A stretch of 63,977 nucleotides of DNA, filler included, from Folioceros fuciformis (taxonomy: Eukaryota), in assembly GCA_049999805.1 (NCBI GenBank). It is 18 parts of 18 records of this genome, joined end to end, with 100 filler letters (N's around TTAATTAATTAA, not from the genome) between each part and the next. Parts side by side here need not be neighbours in the genome. Positions count along the whole stretch, not along the records: positions 26,382 to 28,639 come from JBNGIO010002184.1; positions 28,740 to 30,471 come from JBNGIO010002185.1; positions 30,572 to 35,967 come from JBNGIO010002186.1; positions 36,068 to 39,316 come from JBNGIO010002187.1; positions 39,417 to 41,209 come from JBNGIO010002188.1; 13 more parts are not named here. One strand, 5' to 3'. Each line of letters begins with the position of its first letter. The first letter of the stretch is position 1. Positions 27,541-40,664 of this stretch are shown piece by piece. Under the pieces are notes generated by a model. That model was not told the DNA's origin, did no database searches, and saw only the letters and a program-made list of their open reading frames with translations. Made by a program: the position numbers and the translations under genes.

Positions 27541-28739
27541 CGCTTTTCAAATCCCATGCGATGTGCGTCAGGTAAAAGGTGACCGGCGGGCCCGACAGCT
27601 GCTCACCCTTGTCCTGTAGCGACCCCGGCGGGAGGCGGTGGGTTGTGAGAGCGGTGCCGCGGGGGCGACCGGCTGGCTACCGGCTGTCGCCAGACGGTTG
27701 GTGCGAGGCGGCCCCACCGCTTATCCGGGCACCGTCTGGGATGCCACCCACGTCGTCCGATTACGCCGCTTGCTGCGCTTATTGGTGGACTGGCCTGCCT
27801 GCCCTTTGCGCTTGCCTCACGGTTACCAAGCTCCGCGGCCGAGCCCACAAAACGGACATTATCAAATCTCTCCACTTCCCATTGGATATTATTCACCTGC
27901 CTTCTTCCCGCCCCCACAGTGGCCCCTTTCCTTTCCTTCTTTCCTTGCTTCCTTCCTTCCTTCCTTCCTCCATCTCCCTCGTTGTGCAACTCGTTGGTGC
28001 CCGCCGTTCCTCCCTTTCATGCTGTGACCCACCTTGCGCCACCTGATGTCTAGCCTCTCTGGCCAGGCTTGAAATATACATTTATAATCACGGAGGTGGC
28101 TACAATAATACACACACGTCCCCCCAACCTCCTTCAAGCTTTAGCTCAAAGAAAGAAAGCCGGGAGAGAGCTGGAGATGAGGTGCTGCTTGGCGTTCAAT
28201 AGAAAATGGAGGGAGAGGAAGTAGGTCCTCGAGGTCAGTAGGTAAGTGAAGGACTTGCTTATTGAAGAAGAAGACATGGAAGAAATGCATACCTAGGAGA
28301 AACAACCCACCAAGGACAGACGAATTGAATTGACTTGGTTGGATTTTTTGTAAGATCTTTTTGTTGTGGAGTAGCCCAAGCAAGATGTACTGACATGCTG
28401 GCTAGGATGTTTTGTTGTTACTCCACCCTTCGACTTCGACTTGTGCATGTTCTGAAGGTGGGAGATGGGGTTGGAGGAAGGGGGATACGGAAATATGGAT
28501 GGAAGTATGGATGTATGTGTGGGACAGTCGGGAAGCTGGAAGGAAAGAGGTGAAATGGCAGAAGAAGGATGTATGGGTTTACGCATTTAGTTTACAAATT
28601 ACTGTGACGTTAGCGCGGGCGCGCGGCAAAGAGGAGGGANNNNNNNNNNNNNNNNNNNNNNNNNNNNNNNNNNNNNNNNNNNNTTAATTAATTAANNNNN
28701 NNNNNNNNNNNNNNNNNNNNNNNNNNNNNNNNNNNNNNN

Positions 28740-30074
28740 ATCCTATTGGATAGAGGTGTTTGGAATATTATTGACAGATCATATGTCAAACCAAACCCTG
28801 CTGCTACTGGTGCGAATACGACAACAGCTGATGATATTGCTAAGTGGGACTTACACAACATTATAGCTATTGCCTTGCTGATTAAGGGCCTTGATGTTGA
28901 TCTTGTGCCGGATGTTGAGTCCCTCACAGATGTTGCAGACATTTGGGATCAACTTGAAAAGACTTACAAGAGCCAAAACATGATGAGCTTGTGTGCTGTG
29001 CAAACTGAGTTGTACACACTCAAGGTGAAAGAGGGAGAAAAGATCTCAGCTCACACAAGCAGGTTTCGACAATTGCGAGCTCAAATCACCTCTTTAACTG
29101 GAGAAAAGATACCCAAATCACAGGCTATGGCAAGGTTGCTTTCCAGTCTGCCTCCATCATATCAAGCTTTTGTTGCCACTCAAAATGGTCCTGTGAAGCC
29201 AAGTGGCCCTGCTGGTAGTTCAACGAGCACGATTACAGTTGAAGATGTAATTGGTGCGTTATACCAAGAGGAGCAAGCACGCCTCAACTCTGCCGGTGTT
29301 CCTAGGAGCAAGGGAGAAAAGGTGTTAGCTGCTGGCTACAAACCAAACAGGGGCAAACCCAAAGCCCACAGACCTGCAGCAGTTGGCAAACCTGAGGCTA
29401 GTTCTTCAACGTCGAAGAGGCCAGGCAATTGCAATTGGTGTGGTATTGCTGGCCATTGGTCTCGTGAGTACAAGAAGAAAAAGGCTGGGGAACCTCAACG
29501 TGTTTCTAAAAGCGCTGCGAGGGTCTCCATCAAGGAAAGACAGACAGGTGACACCAAACCCCCGGTGAAGATCCTCACAGTCTGCCTTGCTCGATCTATA
29601 CATAGAGAGGGAAATTGGTACCTCGATTCAGGTGCCACCTTGCACATATGTAAAGACAAGGATTAGTTCTTCTCTATGGATACACACCACCCTACAGCCA
29701 AGGTGCTTTTGGGTGATGAGCAAAACAAAACAAGTCTGCAAATCCAAGGCCAAGGTATCTGCAAGTTCAGTTTGCATGATGGATCAATTCTGACCCTACA
29801 AGATGTGCTCTATGTGCCATCTATGGCAAAGAACCTGATGTCCCTAAGCAAGCTTATGCAACAGAGAGCTTACCACATGAGAGCTTCTGATGACACTTGC
29901 TTGTTCTACAGAAACACAGATCCATCTTTGTATGTCTTTAGAGGAATACTAGAGAATGATTTGTACAGACTTGATGTCTTCACACACAAACAGGTGGCAG
30001 GCCTGACATCCACGAACACACAGAGATTAGCTGTTTTGTGGCATGCCCACCTCCTGTCATGTAAATCAGCATAA
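28740..30074 (+). mobile_element. Ty1/copia gag-protease fragment
   Basis: Gag core, zinc knuckle CNWCGIAGHWSREY (last Cys lost), protease WYLDSGATLH, VLYVPSMAKNLMS, LWHAHL; TAG at 29664. Confidence 0.9.
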
Positions 30075-30137
30075 GTTGGTAGATATGTCTCTACAGCAGT
30101 GCCACAAAGAACCCTTACCTAGATGTTTAAGGATCTT

Positions 30138-30471
30138 TGTGAACCTCCAAAGTTTGGGGTAGGAGTTTGTTTTCGTTGAAAAAGGGTTAATAGTGGTATG
30201 GTTTGGTTTTCTTTTTCAACTTATTTTCCCTAATTTTCCTTTATTTTCTGGTCATTTTTCCTATTTTTCTTTGTGCTAATTAGGTTAATTGACCAGGAAA
30301 TAGTTGGTTTGGTTATAAGAGGGGGTATAGGTTTGGTCCCAGACCTGGGAAGGTTTAGGTTCGGTACCAGGCCATAGGGTTGGGAAAGTTTGAGTCTAGG
30401 TCTGGTGATTAGTTTAATATCAATTTAAAGATATATAATATTAAATGATTAAATAATAATATAATAATATT
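30138..30471 (+). mobile_element. LTR-like terminus, family C copy 1
   Basis: Starts TGTGAACCTCCAAAG; same terminus at 46055 and, reverse-complemented, at 46823. Confidence 0.7.
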
Positions 30472-30571
30472 NNNNNNNNNNNNNNNNNNNNNNNNNNNNN
30501 NNNNNNNNNNNNNNNTTAATTAATTAANNNNNNNNNNNNNNNNNNNNNNNNNNNNNNNNNNNNNNNNNNNN

Positions 30572-33500
30572 ACCATAGTTAGTGGTGCCCTTAAGGTATC
30601 TGTAGACACGTTTAACTGCTGCCCAATGCAACTGAACAGGTTGCTTAAGAAACTGAGAGACCATGCTAACCGAGTAGCTGATGTCAGGACGAGTCCAGAT
30701 AGCCAAAAAGATAAGGCAGCCAATTGCCTCGCCATAAGGGACTGCGGCCATATCATCAATCTCATCTTGACTCTGAGGTGAGTGTTCAGCAGTCAGCTTT
30801 ACCCCCACTGACGAGGGAGTGGCAACAGATCTAGCGTCTTGTAGATGAAAGGGCTTGAGGATTTCTTTGAAGTACTTGGTCTGATGTAAAGTGATCTGTC
30901 CAACAGTCTTGTCTTGCAGAATCTGTATACCAAAATAGAATTGCAGAATCCCCTTGATTTGTCATCTCAAACTCTTGTCTAAGCATTGCTTTAACCTTTT
31001 TGAGTTGTTCTATACTGTTGCAGCTTGACTTTGAGGTGAGTGTTCAACAGTCAGCTTTACCCCCACTAACGAGGGAGTAGCAACAGATCTAGCGTCTTAT
31101 AGATTAAAGCGCTTGAGGATTTCTTTTAAGTACTTGGTTTGATGTAAAGTGATCTGTCCAGTAGTCTTGTCTTGCAGAATCTGTATACCAAAACAGAGTT
31201 GCAAAATCCCCTTGATCTGTCATCTCAAACTCCTGTCTAAGCATTGCTTTAACCTTTTTGAGTTGTTCTATACTGTTGCTGAGGAGAACACAATCATCTA
31301 CATAAAGAGCAAGTATGACAAAGAGAGTTCCAACAACCAGAATGAACACATTACTATCAGTAGGAGACTGGAGAAAACCAAGTGTCTTGAGGTATTTCAT
31401 TATGCGCTTATACCATGCTCTAGGAGATTGCTTTAAGCCATAAATTGTCTTGAGAAGCTTGCAAACTTTATTGACCAATTTCTTATCAACGAAACCCTCA
31501 GGTTGTTCCATATACAGGCTTTTCTCGAGTTCACCAGGCAAGAAAGCAATACACACGTCCATCTGTTGGACCTCAAGATTGAACTCAGCAGCAAGAGCAA
31601 GCAAGATTCAGATCGAGGATGGCTTAACATTGGGGGAAAAAGTATCTTCATGGTCAATTCCAAGTATATGACTAAAACCTCGAGCTACCAATCGAGACTT
31701 ATATCTGGCAATAGTGCCATCAAATTTAAGTTTCGTTTTAAATACCCATTTGCAACTGATAGGTTTTCTCCCAGGTGGTAAATCCGCCAACTCCCAAGTG
31801 TTTTTCTTTACAAGGGAAGAATATTCCTCATCAATTGACGCACACCATTTCTCACCATCAGGGCCGTTAATGGCCTCTTCTTATGACTAGGGGTCAGGAC
31901 GCACATCAGGTACATGCAGACTCGTCACATTTACCAGTGATCTTCGAAAGTCTTCTAACCGGTAAGGTGGTTCCTCCCAATGATCCCTAGGTCTCCTTTC
32001 CCTGACAGGATACCTTAACCTCAGGAGGGAGTGGAGCAACAGGATCCTCTTCTGCAACAACCTGATCAGCTTCACTATCGGAGTTATGACCAGTGCCAAG
32101 GTCCTGCTCATCAGAATGTTCTGACAAATTGTCTTGTACCCTTCCAGGCTCAGCCTCAAAGAGTCCAGGCACTGGTAGTTGATGCATGTGAAGGTCCTAT
32201 TCATGATCTTCATCATCCTCCAGATCAGGTAAGTGATCCATCGACTCCTCGTCTGAATCTGGGTATTGACCAGTAGGTGCTTGCATATGTATAGGAGCAG
32301 GTTGTTTTGGATCAACGACGGCAACCAGGTTATCCAGTTTTACTGGATAACATGAGTCTTCTCCTGTAGCATCAATCTCCATCAGTGAAGTACTAGGACC
32401 CAACCTTGGTGAAGTTAGTTCATCAAAGGTCACACTCCTAGCAAGCACAGCACTTGAAGATTTCGGGTCAAACAGCTTGTAAGCTTTGGACACCTCAGAA
32501 TATCCCAGAAAGAGATAAGGCTTAGCCTTGTCATCTAACTTTTGTCGTCTCTGTTTAGGTATGTAAGCAAAGGCCAAGGACCCAAAAACTCTCAGATGTA
32601 ACAGAATAGGTTTCTTTTTCCACAAAACCTCATTAGGAGTTCTTCCAAGAACTACATTAGTGAGCACTCTATTCAGGATATAGGCAGCAGTGGAGACGGC
32701 TTCAACCCAGTACTTCGTAGGTAAGCCAGCCCATCCAAGCATGCTCCTTGTCATTCCCATCAGTGTCTGATTTTTACGTTCAGCTACACCATTCTGTTGC
32801 TGGGTATATGGAACTGATAGCTGTCTAACAATGCCATTAGCCTGAAAAAGTGCATCATACTTGTGTCCAATGAATTCACCTCCATTGTCTATTCTGAAAC
32901 ATTTCACCAGATGCCCAGTCTAACGTTGTACCATGGGAATCCATGCTTCAATGCAATCAAAGGCATCACTCTTTAACTTGAGTGGAAATACCCATGTATA
33001 ACGAGAAAAATCGTCCGTCAAAGTAAGGTAATATTCAGCTCCTCCTGGTGATTTAACTTGTAACTTTCCAACTATATATGCATGGATTTGTTCAAGAATT
33101 GACTGAGCTCTTTGTGCTTGTTTATTCTTAAAAGGGAGCTCCTTATGTTTCGACAACACACAAGAACTGCAAACAGGAAGGTGCTTAAAGCAGGCAGGAA
33201 GTTTTTCTCGAAAACAATCGACAGACGACATCAAGTTCAGTTTCTCCTTGTTCACATGACCTAGTCTAGCATGCCACAAACTTGCCTCAGAAACTGACGA
33301 GGAAGCAAAAGCTAAGTTGAAATGTGAACAGGGGTGGAGTTTATACAAATCATTGACCAGTTCCCCTTTGGCTATACAATGTCAAGTGAAGACAAGGCAT
33401 ACACACAACAACTGTCATGCTTGAAGATAAAACCATAACGACCTTCTTTTGTATCATCCTTGACTGACAGAAGGTTCTTTGACATGGCAGGAACGAACAG

Positions 33501-35967
33501 GACTTCCTCCAGTAAAATGTCATCACTTTTAGACAAGGTAAGATTGACTGTACTAGATCCGTGCACTTCAAGTCCTCTGTCATCCCCCACGTAAACTAAC
33601 TGGATAGTTGTATGTGGATTAAAGGATGTGAAGAGACTACGATTGTTATAGACGAGATGTGGCGCCAGAATCAATGAACCAGGAAGAGGAGGACTCCCTT
33701 GTCAAAGAGACAAACAGTAAGAATAGTGGAGCTGCTTTTATGAAGGGAGGCCAAGCCCTTGTCCTTTGCAGTGACATGAGCTTCTGTCCAAGCCTCCTTC
33801 TTAGGCTCTCCAGCTTTCTTCTTTCAACAATCTCTCTCCCAATGCCCGGGAATCTAGCACCAATTGCAGTTGCCTGGTTGTTTGGTTGAAGAACCTGAAG
33901 CCGAACTTGAAGGAGGTAGTCTTCCCCCTTTTACTTTCCCCTTCACAAATGGCTTTTCTTTGGCATCAAACATAACTTTCTCACTCTTCACTTGCTATCC
34001 ATGTCCCCCAGATTTGTGGTGGGACTGCTCTTCTTGAAAGAGGGCACGTGTGAGCTCACTTAGAGTGAGCATATGGGCATGTCTAGCAGTGATAGCCGCT
34101 ACTGAAGCACATAGGGCTGAATTCTGAGACGAGACAAAGCTCTGATAAGAAGGTGGAAGACTGGACAACAGTTGAGCAACTGCTTCATTTGCTTGCTGCC
34201 AAGCAAGGCTAGTTGTGCTCTCAAGAATAGGAAGCGACTGACATGCGCTCCAACAGAGTCTAATTCTCTCATCCTTAGTGAGTGAAATTCATTCCTTGCA
34301 GTCACAAGGGTAAGTATATTGTGCACCTGATATGTATCTTTCAACTGTTTCCAGACATCAGTTGTCGTTTCCACGTAATCAACTTTTGTGACCATAGATT
34401 CATCCATGCCAGAAAGAAGTATGGCATAAGCAATTTTGTTGCCCTTATACCATTTTGATTTCTCATCTGCAGTCGACTGAACAGTTGCAGAGGGTTGGAT
34501 TTTGTTGGGATCTGCCAAAGAACCATCAACGTATTCCCAGACATCTTTAGCATTGAGGAAAGCCTTCATTCGAGCTCTCCAACTTTCATACCAATTATGC
34601 TTGCCATCAAACATGTCTTTTTCTTTGAGGTCACCTGAATAGGTAACGCTAATAGATTGGTACTTGTGATGTTGTCATATTTGCAGAAGTCTGTCTAGAT
34701 GTCTGACTAGGTTGCCCAGTAGGGATGAAGCCAATTGACTCAGTAATTAAACTATTCACGTAGCTTCTAAGGAAGTCTGAGATTTGAGACTCCTCTTCCT
34801 GATCGGAATCGACACTGCTTACTGACGCAAATTGAGTGGGCGAGAAATCTGAGTCCAGGTCACTATCTTTAGTAGACATGCTCTATACAAAGCCAAGTGT
34901 CTGCAAAGGAAGACTAAGCAACTTGGAACTTAAGTGAAACAGTAAGTACCTCTTCATGACGGTTTGGTTTCAGCTAAACCCTAAAAAACGAAAAACTGAA
35001 TGGACACTCCTGACCTCAAAACGACCTGTGTACTTAGACGAATTTGCTGAGTTGGCTGCTAGATGAAAGGGCATGACTGATCTCGACAACCCTTGTGATC
35101 CAGATGCTGCAGCGCTGGCATGGGGACAAATCGGCGCCACTCACAAACACACCTGTACAGATCTAAAGTGATATTATAGTGAGGTCGAGCAAATCTGCTC
35201 ATGCACAAGGATCTTCTCAATAGATTGAATTGGGGCTAATTGATCCATTGCTAAAGTTCCAAGTATGTTGCTCGCAGATGCGCTACACAGCAACTCCAGG
35301 GAATTATCAACAGAATTGCGAACTGTTGAAATCCAATTTGTCAGCAGTCCCCAGTAACAACAAGCGACAACAAGCACAAAATCCTCTTGGTCAGCAATTG
35401 TTGTCACAAGGTGAACCTCAATAATTAATAGACATTTCTCCAACATTCTTTCAAGAGGATATAAATTCACAAAATTGGAATTTCCCAGTTTTAGATCTTC
35501 CTTGTCTTTTGAAAGCTGACATTGTCTAAAAATGTACTCGCAGCGGCACTGTACAGTGGAAGTTCTTTGCCCTCTTGAATTTGGTTGAGAACATCTCACA
35601 AGCCGAGTTTGAAGACCCCAAAATAACTGATTTTCTTCTTGTGTAGAGAACACACCAGAGCGCCTTACTCCCCAGCGTGCCATTGTGAAATTAGATTTAG
35701 GATCATTTGTAGTTTTTCATAGAAATCTTTCTTAGAAGTTTTATGAAGAAACTACTTATGATGATTATAGGATACAAGTGTAAGGTGACTGCTTCAGCAT
35801 CCTATACTACATCTATCAAAGATGACAGATGTATATATTATACTTATGCAGTCTCACTGCACCTGACCTCGGAATCATTTTTAAAGAGCTCTAATACCAT
35901 GAAAAACTTGCGGAAGCATATTTACAAAGACAACATTTAATTAAGAAATAAGAGTTTAAGTAGCAAA
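30572..35967 (-). mobile_element. Near full-length degenerate Ty1/copia element: LTR end, PBS, ~1-kb leader, gag, protease, integrase, RT
   Basis: CA|TGGTATTAGAGC PBS at 35899-35888; gag FDGKHNWYESW; GNCNWC...GHWERDC; WFIDSGA; LWHARLGH; IDNGGEF, QNGVAER; RT ARYKSRLVARGF, YGLKQSPRAW, LYVDD; 258-bp tandem duplication in RT. Confidence 0.93.
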
Positions 35968-36147
35968 NNNNNNNNNNNNNNNNNNNNNNNNNNNNNNNNN
36001 NNNNNNNNNNNTTAATTAATTAANNNNNNNNNNNNNNNNNNNNNNNNNNNNNNNNNNNNNNNNNNNNGGATAAGAGCGGGAGGTGGGCAGGAGGAGGAAG
36101 GGGAGATGGACAGCAGCGGAGGAGGAGGAGAGGAGGCTGGACAGCGG

Positions 36148-36937
36148 CGCTGGTTGCTAAGGGTTTTAAGCAACAACAAAGTATTGACTTTGATGAGATT
36201 TTCTCACTAGTTGTCAAAATGACCACTTTATGATGTGTTCTTGCTCTGGTTGCGAGGAATGACATGGAACTTGTCCAAATGGATGTAAAGTCAGTATTTT
36301 TGCATGGTAATCTCCAAGAATAGGTATACATGCAGCAACCAGAGGGTTTCATTGAGAAGGGCAGAGAGAATATGGTGTGCAGGTTAAAGAAGAGCCTTTA
36401 TGGTTTGAAACAGGCACCTAGAGAGTGGTATTACAAGTTCCACTCATTTATGCTTTCTCAAGGCTACAAACGTAGTGAAGAGGATCATTGCCTCTATACA
36501 AAGCAAGCTAAGTATGGAAGCTTGCTCATTTTGGTCCTCTATGTGGATGGTATGTTAATTCCTTAGAATAGCATTGATGAGATTTTAGCATTAAAGTCAA
36601 AGTTGAATGCTCGCTTTGATACAACAGACTTGGGAGAGGCCAGCCATATAGCCAAGTGCTTCAACGCTTCAACATGAAAGAGGGGAAGGTATTGAGTACT
36701 CCGTTTTCTCCATATGTGAAACTTTCGAGCAAGGATTGCCCAAGCTCTGTAGAGGACAAAGCTGAAATGGAGAAGGTTCCATACTCATCAGTTGTAGGGA
36801 GTTTGATGTATGCAATGATTGCTACACATCCTGACATTGCTTTTGCAGTGGGAGTGGTTAGTAGGTTTATGTCAAATCCTGGCAAGAAGCATTGGGAGGC
36901 AGTACAAGAAGTTATGAGGTACTTAAAAGGTGCACAA
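36148..36937 (+). mobile_element. Ty1/copia RT fragment, same family as 23048-25230
   Basis: LVAKGF, MDVKS, LKKSLYGLKQAPREW, LYVDG, GSLMYAM; close match to the copy at 23600-24140. Confidence 0.9.
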
Positions 36938-36939
36938 AG

Positions 36940-38729
36940 GCTCAAGGGCCTTGGTCCGCAGGCTAGTAACCATACTGGGGTTCGAACTTTATGACGTTGC
37001 CACCATCTAGGGGTTTATAGTGGAGCGGACGTCGCCAGCTGCTACGGTCATTAGACTACTGCACGAAGTGGAACCCAGTATGGACCTGGCAGGGGCAAAG
37101 CCTGAAGACCTATGGGATGCCTGGGCCGCAAATAATTTGCAAGAGACGGTGGACTTGTTTGATATGCTCCCGTTGCAAACCCGCCACCGCTAGTGGCTCC
37201 GCATGCGAGAGGGGAGGGCACAGGAGGTCGCATTACCATTTAGGGAGGTTGAGGAAATGAACCTCCATGCTGCATAGGAGGCCTGCAACACGGCAGACGG
37301 TGCGATGCGTAGATATGCTCTTACCAACCACACATTGCAGCCAATTGCGGCTCATCAGCGCAAAAGAGCACAACAGTCCCCTACGCTGAAGGTGATGTGC
37401 ACTTGGCGGCGGTGTGGGTGCCACCATGAACAACCAGGGTTGTGGTGGGGATGGTGGCTAAGCCAAGGGTGCGTGGTGGTGGGTGCAGGTGGAGGCGGGT
37501 CGGGAGTGTGGGGCGCTGTTCGACCATTTCAGACACCATGAGGAGCGCATGGATGTGTTCTCGGAGCTGAAGGTTGTGTACATCCAAGGGGGAGGAGGGT
37601 TGGTGGAAGCAGATACGGTAAATGCGGAAGGTCCATCCAGGAGGTGCATAAGCGAGGCGTGGCGACAGTTCTGGCTGAACCCCGAGTTCTTGAACTACGT
37701 GTTTGATGCAAGCGATAGCCATGGCCCAAGCAGGTTGCTTTACCACATTAGGCAAGGGAGTCACACCACATGCTTGAGGGAGACAATTGTGAGTGCCCTC
37801 AAACCACGGCCAAGTTCACTGCATTGTATGCCAATGTATGGGATTCGTGTTGACATTTGCGGTGCACAATGTAGGCACGGTTCTTTGGGTTCCTATTGTA
37901 CATGGTGTTGGCAACCGACGTGCAAGTGTCTAAGCCCATGACCACGGCCACAATCATGCACGCACTCGGCAGCCAATGGTATGGTCTGCATCGAACTTGG
38001 GAGGATGCGCCTAGATCCTCGGTACTCTAGAAGGCCTTCAAGGCGGACATGAAGGCCTGTTACCCTGAGATAATGGGCGTGTTTGCCCTATTGAAGGCAG
38101 CCGCATGGGCTCCTGCCGATCAACAATTGGCAGCCATCCAGGAAGGGGTCGCACTCGTTGCAGCAACTGATCCATCTTTGTTCCGCCACTTTTCACGCCT
38201 GCGACTAGGGCCACAATTGGGGGTGGACGTCGCGGTGCTGCAGGGGAAATTGACGAAGGACCTACTATTCAGCAACTACTATCCAATTGGGGGAATGGTC
38301 GGGGAGGGCTTCAGGCACGTCGTTCACAACTTGGATTCCAGGGCCCTTCTCCCGATCATGGACACCATGTCCTTGGAGGTTAAGAGTTTTTTCTTCTCTA
38401 GTGCCCGTGGGTGCAGACCCGAAGAGTTTCTACGGGCGAATACTTTCCATGCATGCTCGCTGGAGACCAGGGAGATGTACGCCACAACCATTAGGAGGCT
38501 GAGCTTTGCACAAAGGGCCAAATTGTACACATTCATCACAGATAGGGTTTATTTCAGCGAAGGGGGTCCAATGACAGTGACGGAGGTCCCTCTCCTGGCT
38601 GATGGGCAACTGCCCACTTCTAGGACTTGCATGAGCACGTTGCTGCTCCCTCGATACGAGTGTGTCGCCATCCTGCAAGAGCGCATTGAGGTGGCCATAG
38701 CCCACAATGCAGTGTACGGGTTGCCGTAG
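36940..38729 (+). pseudogene. Divergent HECT-type E3 ubiquitin ligase, 5'-truncated, with 4 in-frame TAG stops
   Basis: One frame with phase-0 GT-AG introns 37392-37488 and 37789-37874; N-lobe-like LKVVY...NAEGPSRRCISEAW and RFFGFLL; C-lobe LYTFIT...LPTSRTCMSTLLLPRY...LQERIEVAI...YGLP*; TAGs at 37008, 37191, 37275, 38028. Confidence 0.75.
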
Positions 38730-38968
38730 TGAGTTGGATCCTTAGCCTTCGTAACAAAAGGGTAGGGACGAGGGATGTGTCCCTGTGTATGGATGTGGGG
38801 CTAATAGAGTTGTGATAATTGGGTGGGCTGAGTAGTACACTAAACCCATGCTGCAAATGCAAAACCAACATTAGAACCCAATCCTACGATAACCTCAGAT
38901 GCGGCGAGCCAAGTCCTTGCTATCTCTCAGCGAATCGGGATAGTAGACGGGGATGTAGCTTTCCTAGG

Positions 38969-39316
38969 TGTGGAGGCAAAACCCCGGGCACTGATTGCCA
39001 ACGGGTTCCATCTTTAGTGGCCACACTTATCCCACTGTCGTTGAGACATTGGGTTTTGTTCCCACGAAGGAGCAATGCGGTTCCTTGCTGTTGTGGATGG
39101 AGGGTCGGACTTGATCAACTCGATGATGGATTCGAGGGCTCCCCTCCAGATCCGATCAGGCGTAGGACAGGCCTCGCTGTCAAGCGGTCAGCTGCAGCTC
39201 TCTCGGTGCCCACAAACTCACTCCAATCACTACAACGACCCTAACCTCTCAGATCTGCGACTTCCCTCACACACTTCACTCACTCTCTCACTCCAGCACC
39301 AACACCAGCAACTACC
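38969..39316 (-). mobile_element. LTR 3' end, family B copy 3
   Basis: Reverse complement of 20566-20912 with the same terminus. Confidence 0.75.
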
Positions 39317-39416
39317 NNNNNNNNNNNNNNNNNNNNNNNNNNNNNNNNNNNNNNNNNNNNTTAATTAATTAANNNNNNNNNNNNNNNNNNNNNNNNNNNN
39401 NNNNNNNNNNNNNNNN

Positions 39417-39778
39417 AGCTTAAATTCAAACAAGGCTTTAATTCCTTTTTCTGGCTTGCGGTTAAATTGCACAGGAAACAACCTACACTAATGTTTTACC
39501 GTATTGACTTGGTGCAACTACAGGGCGGAAATGTCCATGTAAGAACTGCGAGTGTGTTTCTCACTAGTGTTAGAATTAGGGTTTAAGCTAGCCCGACTTA
39601 GAATTTAGTTAAAAAGCCAGTTATTCTTTAATCACCAAAGGGCACACCTTTACGTAAGGTTGCTTTTATAGAAGTATTTAGGACACAGGAACTTTCTTAA
39701 TTCAATTATTCTGAATAAGACTTGTTTTGCTTCCTTGTGCACCCAAGCCATGTTTCTGTCCGAACATGGTATCAGAGC
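39417..39778 (+). mobile_element. Putative LTR end plus tRNA-iMet primer-binding site
   Basis: ...CCGAACA|TGGTATCAGAGC at 39767-39778. Confidence 0.7.
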
Positions 39779-40277
39779 TTACTTTTGATGGTCACCTTTA
39801 GAAGATGATCAGATCCAGAGTAACCACAAGGTAAGAACCTTGGCAAACTATGAAGTGAGAAAAGAAATCCTTCTACGTTTGTGGGTAGAGGCCATTAATG
39901 CTCTACATTGGTTAGCGAACTGCTATCATCTCACGGTGGATGGTAGCTATGATCAAGTTGCCATTGCGTCATCAAAACGGTTGACTCAGAGAGTTTGGAT
40001 AAGTCTTGATTTCAACTTAAGATCCTATGCTATTCCGCTGCAAAAATTACATAAGGAATTGAAGCAATTTTATTAAAATAAAAATAGAAATCGGATACTG
40101 ATGTGTGAAAAAGAGCAACATGGAATTCAACAAAATTCTACAATTATCTCAGGAAAACTGCAATATTTTGCTGAGACCTGTGTTGCTCCCTCCTCCACAC
40201 AATGATCAGTCTTTTATAATTACAGCAAATTCTGCATATATGATTTATGGGGATTTCTGAATTCATAATTTTACAAA

Positions 40278-40664
40278 ATGCCTCGTCAATTCCATAGACG
40301 AAATTCTTCTCGTCTCACTCGTGTGGACTCGCCTACACATCAAACAAGGAGGGATCAATTTCTATCTAGGGCGTCACAAGAAGTCTCTGAATGGGAACAG
40401 GAGCAGGAACTTACTCGATTATTTCCTAACCATTCTCCAGGCTTACCAGAGATTGTTGGCGCTTACAGAGTCCTGTCTCAAAGACTAAGCACAACAGAAG
40501 CAGTTCTCTTCAGGGTTCTTATAGACCAAAATACATTCGCCATAAGCAGGCATTTGAAGATTGCTGATATAATTAGATCACAATCCAGTGAGATAAATGG
40601 CCACTTAGAATTGCTGGAAAAAGAGATTCAGCATCTTACAGAATTGGTCTCCAACCTTAATTGA
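40278..40664 (+). CDS. Hypothetical 128-aa protein with C-terminal coiled coil, downstream of the PBS
   Basis: ATG in an A-rich context; heptad-like LELLEKEIQHLTELVSNL; no recognised domain. Confidence 0.3.
   Translation: MPRQFHRRNSSRLTRVDSPTHQTRRDQFLSRASQEVSEWEQEQELTRLFPNHSPGLPEIVGAYRVLSQRLSTTEAVLFRVLIDQNTFAISRHLKIADIIRSQSSEINGHLELLEKEIQHLTELVSNLN

Noticed and set aside
36940-38729. TAG reassignment or readthrough as the explanation for the HECT stops
   Set aside because: TAG is the normal terminator of RPL36A, RsmB and the HECT frame itself; deamination is the simpler explanation.
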